Of a DNA stretch of 32,000 bases, positions 24,313-32,000 are shown in pieces; position 1 is the first letter of the stretch, and every line of letters begins with the position of its first letter. Position numbers and translations under genes: made by a program. This DNA is from Synechococcus sp. A15-24 (GTDB taxonomy: Bacteria > Cyanobacteriota > Cyanobacteriia > PCC-6307 > Cyanobiaceae), in contig NZ_CP047960.1 in NCBI RefSeq assembly GCF_014280195.1, positions 1,560,001 through 1,592,000 on the forward strand. The letters run 5' to 3'. The notes below the pieces were generated by a model. It saw nothing but the letters and a program-made list of their open reading frames with translations. It was not told where the DNA came from and ran no database searches.

Positions 24313-25817
24313 GCCGTCGTCTGCTGACGCTGCTGGCCTCTGCTCTGGCACTGCTGGCCCTCTGGCCTCTGCTGCAGTTGTTGAGTCAGGGGCTGCAGGG
24401 TCTGCAGCAAGGGCTCGTGCAGCTTGGGCCGGATGGCGGACGTCAGATCCGCGGAACTCTCCTGCTGCTCTTGGGCAGTGCCCTGGGGGGCACGGTGATC
24501 GGCACCGCCAACGGATGGCTGCTGATCAACTGCCGTTTTCCTGGACGGCGCTGGTTGCGCATCGCCCAGCTGATTCCACTGGCAACCCCTGCTTATCTGC
24601 TGTCCGCCACCCTGGTGGATCTGGGCAGCCGAGCCGGTTGGCGCATTCATGGACTGGGCTGGGGCATCGCCGTGATGGCCCTCGCCACCTACCCCTACGT
24701 GTTTCTGCTGAGCACGGAAAGTTTTGGCATGAGCGGCAGACGCCAACTGGAGGCCTGCCGCAGCATGGGCATTGGTCCCTGGTCTGCCTTTCGGCGCGTG
24801 GCGCTACCCATCGCCATGCCAGCGATCGGTGCCGGTGTGGCCCTGATGGGAATGGAGATCGTCAACGAGTTGGGGGCTGTGCAGCTGCTGGGGATCCCCA
24901 GCCTGTCGGCCGGCATCCTGGACGCCTGGCAATCGAACAGTGATCCCACCGCCGCCATCAGCCTGGCTCTGGTCACGCTGGTGATCGTGCTGGGCCTGGT
25001 GGTGGGGGAACGTCGGCTGCGCCGTCGCAGCCGACGCTGGAGTGATGGCGTTGCCGGCGGTGATGCCACCGCCTGGCCCCTGCACGGAACCCGGGCCCTG
25101 GCCGCCCAGCTGCTGGGGCTGATCCCACCAACCCTCAGCCTTGGGATTCCTCTGGTCTGGGCCCTCGCCAATCTTGACCAGCTGGGCAGCAGCCTCCGCG
25201 ACGACCTGCTGCCCCTCAGCCTGCGCAGCCTGTTGCTGGGGGTGAGTGCTGCCCTGCTGGCCCTGGCGGCAGCCTTGCTGCTGGCGATTGCCAAACGCTG
25301 GAGCTCGGCCGTTTGGCTGCGCAGCCTCACCTTTCTGGCCGGCATTGGCTACGCCATCCCCGGCACAGTGCTGGCCCTGGCACTGCTGCTGACCGGCGCT
25401 CCCTGGCAACTGGCTCCGCTGCTGTTGCTGCTCTGGGGCTACAGCGACCGCTTTCTGGCGGTGGCCAAGGGCGGCCTCGATGCCGCCCTGGAACGGATCA
25501 GCCCCAACCTCGATGAAGCCGCCACAGGCTTGGGTTTCAACTGGCAGCAGGTGTTGCGCAGGGTCCATTTGCCGTTGCTGCGGGGTCCGATGACCGTTGG
25601 GCTGCTGCTGGTGTTCGTGGACACCGTGAAGGAATTGCCCCTCACCTTTGCGCTGCGCCCCTTCGACTTCGACACGCTGTCGGTGCGGGTGTATCAGTAC
25701 GCCAGCGACGAGCGGCTGGCGGCGGCACTGCTGCCGGCCCTGATGATCCTGTCGCTTGGTTTGGTGGCAGCGATGGCCCTGGTGCCGAGCCTGGATCAGG
25801 CCTCCAGCAAAGGCTGA
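24309..25817 (+). CDS. futB: Fe(3+) ABC transporter permease, duplicated-domain type (FutB/AfuB-like)
   Basis: The ATG at 24309 overlaps the futA stop (ATGA). The protein is polytopic with two EAA-like loops (LEACRSMGIGPWSAFRRVALPIAMP and LDEAATGLGFNWQQVLRRVHLPLLRGP). The gene symbol is tentative. Confidence 0.7.
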   Translation: MSRRLLTLLASALALLALWPLLQLLSQGLQGLQQGLVQLGPDGGRQIRGTLLLLLGSALGGTVIGTANGWLLINCRFPGRRWLRIAQLIPLATPAYLLSATLVDLGSRAGWRIHGLGWGIAVMALATYPYVFLLSTESFGMSGRRQLEACRSMGIGPWSAFRRVALPIAMPAIGAGVALMGMEIVNELGAVQLLGIPSLSAGILDAWQSNSDPTAAISLALVTLVIVLGLVVGERRLRRRSRRWSDGVAGGDATAWPLHGTRALAAQLLGLIPPTLSLGIPLVWALANLDQLGSSLRDDLLPLSLRSLLLGVSAALLALAAALLLAIAKRWSSAVWLRSLTFLAGIGYAIPGTVLALALLLTGAPWQLAPLLLLLWGYSDRFLAVAKGGLDAALERISPNLDEAATGLGFNWQQVLRRVHLPLLRGPMTVGLLLVFVDTVKELPLTFALRPFDFDTLSVRVYQYASDERLAAALLPALMILSLGLVAAMALVPSLDQASSKG

Positions 25818-27946
25818 CCGTTGCTGCGCTGAATCGCCACAACCCCCGGGCGAGGTGGTCGTCCCGGTGCCTGCGCCGGCCAGTTGGACCCCAGCGGCAC
25901 CGTGCGCAGCTGCTGGAAGACGCCGCCGTCCCGATCCACCAGTTCATGGGCCTGAATCTCCTCATCCCCCTGGGAACGGCTGCCGTTCACCTCACCGGGA
26001 TGCTGCACCGCCAGAAACACAGAGGCCTCAGCCTGATCCAGACAGACCCCAGTGACCTCACACTCCATCGGCCCTGTGGCAAAGCAGGCCGCCTGCTCCT
26101 CCCCGTTGCCACTCCTGGGAACAAACCAGCAGCTGTTGTTGCCGAACACATCGCCCGCTGACGCCTTCATCGATCGGTCGGTGACGATCCAGAGGTTGCC
26201 CTTGCTGTCGAGGGCAACGTTGTCGGGATTGGTGAATCCAAGGCCACCGGCCCATGGGGTTCCTCCGGTGACCGCCATGCGCCAGGTGAAACCGTTCTCG
26301 CCGGATTCACTCAGACGCATCACCCAGCCATTGGGCCAGCTGCTCTGACCCTCCGGTCCCTTGAACACCGCGGGATCAGCCCCCCCAGTACTGCCAGGGG
26401 ATCCGGAGGTGAATGCGATCAGCAGATCTCCGCTGACCGGATCGATCTTGGTGTCCTCCGGACGGGCGGTTGGGGTGGCCCCGATGGCGCTGGCCGCCAG
26501 GTGGGCATCCACCAAGATCGCCCCCTGCAGAGCCTCTCCTTCGCCGCGGTACAGATCCGACAGGGTGGCGAACCGACGGCAGTAGTCCTCAACAGCGGCG
26601 TCCTCCCGGAACAGTTCCGCGCCTGCCTGGCTGCGATCACGGTGGGGCAATTCCACCGGACAGCCGAGATCCGCATCGCTGAAGCGGCTGGGCCGGAAGG
26701 GATCGACCACCGCCTCGGGAGTCACCGCCAGCCATTCACCGCTGCCGTCGGCACGGAACCGCGCCACCTGAAGCTCGCCGACTTCAAACAGGCGGGAATT
26801 CCGCTTGTCCTGCACCGTCTCAACGCGTTCTGCACTGACGAAGCGATACAGATGCCCGCCGCGGCGGTCACAGCCGGAATACACCTGCAGCGGCTTGCCG
26901 GCTTCGGCCCGCACCGCCACGGCTTCATGGCGGAAACGGCCCAGGGCCGTGTGTTTCACCGCCGATTGGTCAGCTGAATTGGGATCCACCTCCACCATCC
27001 AGCCGTACTTGTTGCCGGCCAGTCCGTAGACGTTGCCAAGTCCCCCCAGTTTTCCGTCCTTGCAGACAAACGGCCGCTCCGACGGAGCCGCCGCGCTGCC
27101 ATCGGCATAGACCGGTTCCGGCACCTGCGATTGGAAATTCTCCTCAGCGCTGAGCACGGTCCCCCAGGGCGTGGTGCCGCCACCGCAATTGGCAAACGTG
27201 CCCACGATCCTGTCGCCCAGGCCGTCGTCATAGCCCTGCCGGTTGCTGGCCCGGAACACCGCCGCAGCTGGACCCGTGCTGAGCAGCTGCTGCTCAGGCT
27301 CTTCCAGTCCGCTGATGCCCGTGATGCGTCGATCCTGGGGGGCCTGAGCCCGTTTCCACCGGCCCTGACCATCCCGCTGCAGGGTCATCACCCCGATTCC
27401 GAGGTCGGTCATCGCTTCATCCGCGACGGTGCGGATCTGCGGCAAACGGCGGTCACCAGCCGGCAGCGCCGTGCAGTCGATGACGCCATCGCTGCTCTGG
27501 AGGGCCGACACAAGGGCGGCAAAGGGCAGGGGGCGACCCACAACCTCGGCAAAGCCCTGCACCCAGGGCACGGCACTGATGTATTCGAAATTGACCGTCA
27601 TCGACGCCCGATCCGGTGCGTGCTGCACAAAACCGAGGTGATCGTTGTTGAACCCGAAGCGGCTGTCGCCGAGGGGATCACCCCAGGCCGCCAGCAGTTG
27701 CGACTGAAACCCCTCCGGAACCGTCAGCCGGTCCTCCACCGCCAGCTCCCGATAGGTGGACTGCTGTTCGCTGGCCTGAAGCCCATCACTGTTCACCGGA
27801 AGGGGCACCTGCACCGGCTGAAAGGGGAATCCTTTGACAACACCGCTGCTGTTGCCAACTGGCGCGACGCAGCCCGACAGTCCCTTGGCCGTCAACACAC
27901 CGACTCCGCCGAGGCCGAGCAGGGAGAGCACGGAACGTCGGCGCAT
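25796..27946 (-). CDS. phoX: alkaline phosphatase PhoX (DUF839 beta-propeller) with Tat/lipoprotein-like signal
   Basis: 716 aa. The N-terminus is MRRRSVLSLLGLGGVGVLTAKGLSGC. FANCGGGTTPWGTVLSAEENF, GRFRHEAVAV, RPEDTKIDPVSGDL and FTNPDNVALDSKGNLWIVTD are present. Confidence 0.8.
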   Translation of the reverse strand: MRRRSVLSLLGLGGVGVLTAKGLSGCVAPVGNSSGVVKGFPFQPVQVPLPVNSDGLQASEQQSTYRELAVEDRLTVPEGFQSQLLAAWGDPLGDSRFGFNNDHLGFVQHAPDRASMTVNFEYISAVPWVQGFAEVVGRPLPFAALVSALQSSDGVIDCTALPAGDRRLPQIRTVADEAMTDLGIGVMTLQRDGQGRWKRAQAPQDRRITGISGLEEPEQQLLSTGPAAAVFRASNRQGYDDGLGDRIVGTFANCGGGTTPWGTVLSAEENFQSQVPEPVYADGSAAAPSERPFVCKDGKLGGLGNVYGLAGNKYGWMVEVDPNSADQSAVKHTALGRFRHEAVAVRAEAGKPLQVYSGCDRRGGHLYRFVSAERVETVQDKRNSRLFEVGELQVARFRADGSGEWLAVTPEAVVDPFRPSRFSDADLGCPVELPHRDRSQAGAELFREDAAVEDYCRRFATLSDLYRGEGEALQGAILVDAHLAASAIGATPTARPEDTKIDPVSGDLLIAFTSGSPGSTGGADPAVFKGPEGQSSWPNGWVMRLSESGENGFTWRMAVTGGTPWAGGLGFTNPDNVALDSKGNLWIVTDRSMKASAGDVFGNNSCWFVPRSGNGEEQAACFATGPMECEVTGVCLDQAEASVFLAVQHPGEVNGSRSQGDEEIQAHELVDRDGGVFQQLRTVPLGSNWPAQAPGRPPRPGVVAIQRSNGQPLLEA

Positions 27947-27956
27947 CGGTCAGACC

Positions 27957-28910
27957 TCAATCGGTGCAGGCGGTGGTGCGGCGTGGACTCAGCACCCCAA
28001 CCCAGCTTGACTGAAGCGGATTGAAGTTGTCATCGCTGGCCAACACCAGGGTCTGTCGTCCATCCGACATCACAGGTCCCCGCGCCATGGCCTCCCAGTT
28101 GTCCGGAGGCAGACCGGCCTCCAGCAGGTCCCAGCCGATAATCGGCTGCAACGGAGGCCCCTGGGGATCAGGCAAGGCGAACAGCTGAAGCCTGGCCGTC
28201 CATTGATCAGGGGGCGCAAACCCCCGCCGCAGACCCAGCAGCTGCTGCCGGGTTGGCAGGGCCAGCAGCTCCGTCAGTCCGTCATGGCGGCCAGCGGCGC
28301 CCACATTGAGGGCCCCAGCTGTGCGGAGCACATTCCCAGGCGCGCGTCGCATCAGGCTGATCCCATCCTCGGCTTGGTGCTGCAGCAACGGCGCCTCCGC
28401 AGCCATCAGAAGATCGCCAGGGGCAAGGGCCGTGAGCGATTCCGGACCTTTGTTCGAGTCAAGGCCCTGCCCTGGGCTGGCACGCCAGGCCTGAGGCAAC
28501 GGCAGCTCCTGCTGCAGCCGACCGCTGGCGAGATCAATGCGGATCAACCGGGCGCGACGGTTCTGGGAACGGCGACCCTCACTGGCGATCCAGGCCTGCC
28601 GACCCTCGATCACCAACCCCTCCCCATCGAACCCCTCGGGCAGGGGCTCGCCATCGCCTCCCCTCAGCAGCAGCCTGCGACCCGGTCGCAGCGTGTCGCG
28701 TTGACCCTCGAGCCATCGGGCCAATCCCCCCCAGGGCACCAGATGGCCAATCGGTGCATCGCTGAGCAACCAGAGACGGTCCTGCTTGGGCTGGTAGGCC
28801 GCTGCCGAGAAGCCACCCAGGGGACGGCCATCAGCAAGGGTCCTGGGCAACGCGATCGTGCGCACCAGCTCCCAGCCGGCCTCCAGCGGACAGGGCAGGG
28901 GTAGGTCCAT
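27957..28910 (-). CDS. esterase-like activity of phytase family protein (tentative)
   Basis: 317 aa. GGFSAAAYQPKQDRLWLLSDAP and EGLVIEGRQAWIASEG resemble the phytase-like esterase pattern. It lies 10 nt upstream of the phoX start on the same strand. Confidence 0.4.
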   Translation of the reverse strand: MDLPLPCPLEAGWELVRTIALPRTLADGRPLGGFSAAAYQPKQDRLWLLSDAPIGHLVPWGGLARWLEGQRDTLRPGRRLLLRGGDGEPLPEGFDGEGLVIEGRQAWIASEGRRSQNRRARLIRIDLASGRLQQELPLPQAWRASPGQGLDSNKGPESLTALAPGDLLMAAEAPLLQHQAEDGISLMRRAPGNVLRTAGALNVGAAGRHDGLTELLALPTRQQLLGLRRGFAPPDQWTARLQLFALPDPQGPPLQPIIGWDLLEAGLPPDNWEAMARGPVMSDGRQTLVLASDDNFNPLQSSWVGVLSPRRTTACTD

Positions 28911-28915
28911 GGCGG

Positions 28916-29836
28916 TCAGGGCGCAGGGTGCAACCGTTGCATCAGGGCCTGATCGGCGGCAAGCACAGCGGCCGCAAGCAGGTCCGCCACCGTGGAGATC
29001 ACCCGGTAGCTCAGCACCACCGCCAGGAGGGAGGCCTCATCAAGGCCGGTCCCCAGGCGCAACAAAAGCGTGGCTTCAAACACCCCCAGTCCCCCGGGTG
29101 CTCCAGGCACCACCAATCCCACCGCGTAGGCCAGGGCAAAGCCGGCCAGCCACTGGGGCACTGCCGGTGGAATCAGATCAAAGGCCACCAGGCAACAGGC
29201 AAATCCGGCGAAACGAACCAGCACGAACACCACCTGAGCTGCCAAGGGCCACCAGGGAGCTCCGCCGCGGCCACTGCCATCCACCGGCAGATCTCCGCTG
29301 ACCGCCGTCTGCAACTGAGCGGCCTTGGAGCGTTCCAGTCGCCGCAGCACCGGCTCCCGCAGGCGCGGCAGCAGCAGCACCAGCGACGGGATCGGTGCCA
29401 GCACCAACAGACCGTCCTGCCATCCCCCCGCCAGCAACAACAGCGAGGCGGCCGCCACTATCAGCAGTGGATCCAGGATCACCCCCGCCAGAGCGGGACC
29501 TGCACCGATGGCGGGTCGCAGCACCCGCACCCGTTCCACCAGATGCCAGATGCCCCCCGGCAGGTACTTGAGCAGATTGCTGCGCACAAACAACGGCACC
29601 AGCGCCAGGCCAGGCGGCCGCTGCCCCAGCCAATCCAGCAGCACCCGCCAGGCCAAGCCATTGATGAGGATGCTGAGCCAGGTGAGGCCGAGGCCCAGCA
29701 GCAGCAACCACCAGCCATTTGATTCGAGATTGATCTGCCGCAGCTGCTCCCCCTGATGCACCAGGGCCACAGCGATGAAGGCCAGGCTGGCCAGGGTGAT
29801 CCACAGCTTTGGTTTCAGCAGGGATCGGATCACCAC
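28916..29836 (-). CDS. polytopic membrane protein, UPF0104 / lysylphosphatidylglycerol-synthase-TM-like (tentative)
   Basis: 306 aa with about 8 hydrophobic segments. FVRSNLLKYLPGGIWHLVERVRVL is present. Its start overlaps the larC stop by 7 nt. Confidence 0.4.
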   Translation of the reverse strand: MVIRSLLKPKLWITLASLAFIAVALVHQGEQLRQINLESNGWWLLLLGLGLTWLSILINGLAWRVLLDWLGQRPPGLALVPLFVRSNLLKYLPGGIWHLVERVRVLRPAIGAGPALAGVILDPLLIVAAASLLLLAGGWQDGLLVLAPIPSLVLLLPRLREPVLRRLERSKAAQLQTAVSGDLPVDGSGRGGAPWWPLAAQVVFVLVRFAGFACCLVAFDLIPPAVPQWLAGFALAYAVGLVVPGAPGGLGVFEATLLLRLGTGLDEASLLAVVLSYRVISTVADLLAAAVLAADQALMQRLHPAP

Positions 29837-31062
29837 GTCCAGGGCTCCTCACTCTCGAAGCTGGCCGCCTGGGCCGCGACTCTCAGATCAGCAATGGAAC
29901 AACCACTGGCCTGGCTGAGCCGCTGAAGCGCATCAGCCTCCGGCTTCACCGTGCAACGACCATCCGGGCGGCGGACCTGCTTGGCCGTCAACACACCCCA
30001 GGGGGTGGAGAGGGTTCCGGCACGTCGGGGCAGCAGCCAGCGCCCCTGTTGCCGCTCCCGCAAACCGATGCTGGGGCCGGCTTCAAACCAGGTCCGTCGC
30101 AGCTGCGGGGCATGCTCGGTTGTCGCCAGAGCCGTGACAGCAACCCCAGAGCGGCCCTTCTTCATCTGCAGAGATTGACAGGCCACATCCAGGGCACCGG
30201 CCTGGCGCAATCGATCCAGCAGCCAGGCGATGTCTTCCGCCGAGGCATCATCGATCCAGGCCTCCTGCACCACCAGCGGCTGCCAACGGGGCTCGAGCTC
30301 TGGGGTGGAACTCTCCCCTTGGCCAAGGCACAGCCTCACCAGGTTGGGCCTATCCAGGCGGCGGTGACCCAGGCCGATGCCGATGGCAGAAGCGGTGAAC
30401 AAAGGTGGCGCCGTGAAGCGCTCGGCCAGAACGGACACCAGCGCCAGACCGGTGGGTGTGGTGAGCTCTCCCTCCGGCAGCGAGGGGTCGTGCCGCAGCG
30501 GCACCTGATGGGCACGGGCCAGCTCAAGCACCGCCGGCACTGGCACCGGCAGCAGACCATGGGCGGTGGTGACGCTGCCGTGACCCGCCGGCGGCGGGGC
30601 GCAGCTGATCCGATACGGAACCAGGTGATGGATGGCTGCGCAGACCCCCACCACATCCACCAGGGCATCGATGGCGCCCACCTCATGGAAATGCACCGAC
30701 TCGGGGGTCTGGCCATGGACCGTGGCCTCCGCTTCGGCCAGAGCCGTGAACACCGCCAGCACCATATGCAGGAGCTTGGGTTCAAGGGAGGAGTTCTGCA
30801 GGCGGTCGCGGATCTCCGCCCAGTGGCGATGAGGCGGGTCAGGCTCCAGCCCGACAACATTGAGGCGACGCCCCCGCAGGCCACCGCTGCGGGCCTCCTC
30901 CACGTCCAGGCGCACCAGATCCTTCAGCCCAAGCTGCGCCAGGGGAGCCTTGATCACTTCAAGCGGAACCCCAAGGTCGAGAAGAGCCGCCAGCAGCATG
31001 TCGCCGGCCAATCCGGTCGGACAGTCGATATGCAGCGATCCAGCGGTCGCGTCCGGGGTCAT
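29830..31062 (-). CDS. larC: nickel-pincer cofactor biosynthesis protein LarC (DUF111 nickel insertion protein)
   Basis: 410 aa. HIDCPTGLAGDMLLAALLDLGVP and VHFHEVGAIDALVDVVGV are hallmark LarC/DUF111 motifs. Confidence 0.8.
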   Translation of the reverse strand: MTPDATAGSLHIDCPTGLAGDMLLAALLDLGVPLEVIKAPLAQLGLKDLVRLDVEEARSGGLRGRRLNVVGLEPDPPHRHWAEIRDRLQNSSLEPKLLHMVLAVFTALAEAEATVHGQTPESVHFHEVGAIDALVDVVGVCAAIHHLVPYRISCAPPPAGHGSVTTAHGLLPVPVPAVLELARAHQVPLRHDPSLPEGELTTPTGLALVSVLAERFTAPPLFTASAIGIGLGHRRLDRPNLVRLCLGQGESSTPELEPRWQPLVVQEAWIDDASAEDIAWLLDRLRQAGALDVACQSLQMKKGRSGVAVTALATTEHAPQLRRTWFEAGPSIGLRERQQGRWLLPRRAGTLSTPWGVLTAKQVRRPDGRCTVKPEADALQRLSQASGCSIADLRVAAQAASFESEEPWTW

Positions 31063-31706
31063 CGCCCCAGTCGCGGTGCCGCGCTCAACAACTGATCGGC
31101 TCTCTGGCTGAGGTCAGCCTGTTCACGCCGCAGCAGCTGCTCGATTTCCCGACGGGCGCGACGCTGTTCCCGCTGGGCCGTGGCGACGTCGTGGCCCGAG
31201 AGCCCCCAGAGCTGCCCAAGCAGAGCCCTGTCATCAGCGCCACCACGGGCTTTGCCGTAAACCACGGTTTCCGCCGCAATCCCGGCCTGCAGCACACGAC
31301 TCCAGCGGCGAAGATCCTCCAGGGGCATGCGAACGCTGTCCGGCACTGGGAACTCAGTGGCACCACTGCTGCGCAGCCCCGCCTTCAGACAGGCCAGGGT
31401 GCCCACCAGCACCCGTTGCACCGGCATCTGCTCCTGCTCGGCGATCAGCAGATGACCGGCTTCATGAACGGCAATCCGCCGCAGCCGCCCCTCACCGCCC
31501 GGCAGGGCCTCCGCCAGCACATGCCCCCCCATGCCCTGCCAGCTGGCGGCATCAACGCTGAGCATGATCAGACCACCGCCGACGGTAACCACAATCCAGG
31601 CCGGTGACAGGCCTAGCACTGGTCCGAAGGCTCCAAGCCCCGAGATGACAACCACAACTATACCCGCCCGAAGCGTTCCGGTCGAACCCTCACCAGCAGG
31701 TGCCAT
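31059..31706 (-). CDS. membrane protein with an HExxH (M41/FtsH-peptidase-like) motif
   Basis: 215 aa. Two N-terminal TM segments and IAVHEAGHLLIAEQ are present. Its stop overlaps the larC start (ATGA). Confidence 0.45.
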   Translation of the reverse strand: MAPAGEGSTGTLRAGIVVVVISGLGAFGPVLGLSPAWIVVTVGGGLIMLSVDAASWQGMGGHVLAEALPGGEGRLRRIAVHEAGHLLIAEQEQMPVQRVLVGTLACLKAGLRSSGATEFPVPDSVRMPLEDLRRWSRVLQAGIAAETVVYGKARGGADDRALLGQLWGLSGHDVATAQREQRRARREIEQLLRREQADLSQRADQLLSAAPRLGR

Positions 31707-32000
31707 CAGCCGCGACTGCGAGCAGGGGCACGCCCCCGCGAGCCGCGGGACTTGCCGCCCCGGGTGGGCATCGGAGCGATCACCTCATGGGATTCGAGAT
31801 GAAGCTGCTGCCCCTGTCGGCGCACATCCAGGCTGACGAAATGCCGCAGGTGCTCGAGGGGCAGCTCACCTTTGACCTGCAACTTGAAGGGCAGTGGCCG
31901 GCTGCCATCGGCACGGGGCTGCTGGCGCACCTTCACCACCAGCTCACCGGTCTCCGGTTTGGTGAAAATCAGTTCACCGCGAATGGAGAAGTAGTCGTCC
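31706..32000 (-). CDS. hypothetical protein, C-terminal part (5' end outside the window)
   Basis: The frame is open to the window edge (DDYFSIRGELIFTKPETGELVVKVRQQ...). The tail is basic (GGKSRGSRGRAPARSRG). The stop overlaps the next start (TGATG). Confidence 0.5.
   Translation of the reverse strand, partial: DDYFSIRGELIFTKPETGELVVKVRQQPRADGSRPLPFKLQVKGELPLEHLRHFVSLDVRRQGQQLHLESHEVIAPMPTRGGKSRGSRGRAPARSRG

Overview
High-GC (about 60% in hand-counted lines) chromosomal segment that looks like a marine Synechococcus-type picocyanobacterium. The core is ordinary housekeeping and nutrient-acquisition genes: argB, priA, rpoD/sigA, hemC, an L,D-transpeptidase, ppa, an M32 carboxypeptidase, a DCC-family oxidoreductase, YjbQ, a pterin dehydratase, a COG0523 metallochaperone, futA/futB-like Fe3+ uptake, phoX, a phytase-like esterase, larC and others. 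I found no rRNA, tRNA or CRISPR array. The main anomaly is a mosaic, lower-GC insertion of about 7.6 kb (about 6.43-14.04 kb), placed directly behind the rpoD stop codon with no tRNA target. It carries an unusually long tyrosine integrase and a leftward operon of two overlapping small genes, a ribbon-helix-helix gene and a VirE/primase-helicase-like gene. It also carries two about 91% identical small serine recombinases in direct orientation, which bracket a roughly 35% GC segment with one orphan ORF that has a SAM-methyltransferase-like motif. Imperfect direct repeats (ACCTCGG..TACCTCAC..CTGG) sit at both island ends. To the right of the island lies a highly structured, ORF-free stretch ending in a strong + strand terminator, which may be an ncRNA or the displaced rpoD 3' end. 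The architecture resembles phage-satellite (PICI-like) or tycheposon-like integrative elements. The twin-recombinase cargo cassette is the part I cannot explain with a known element type. All product calls rest on motifs read by eye from the supplied translations; no database search was possible.
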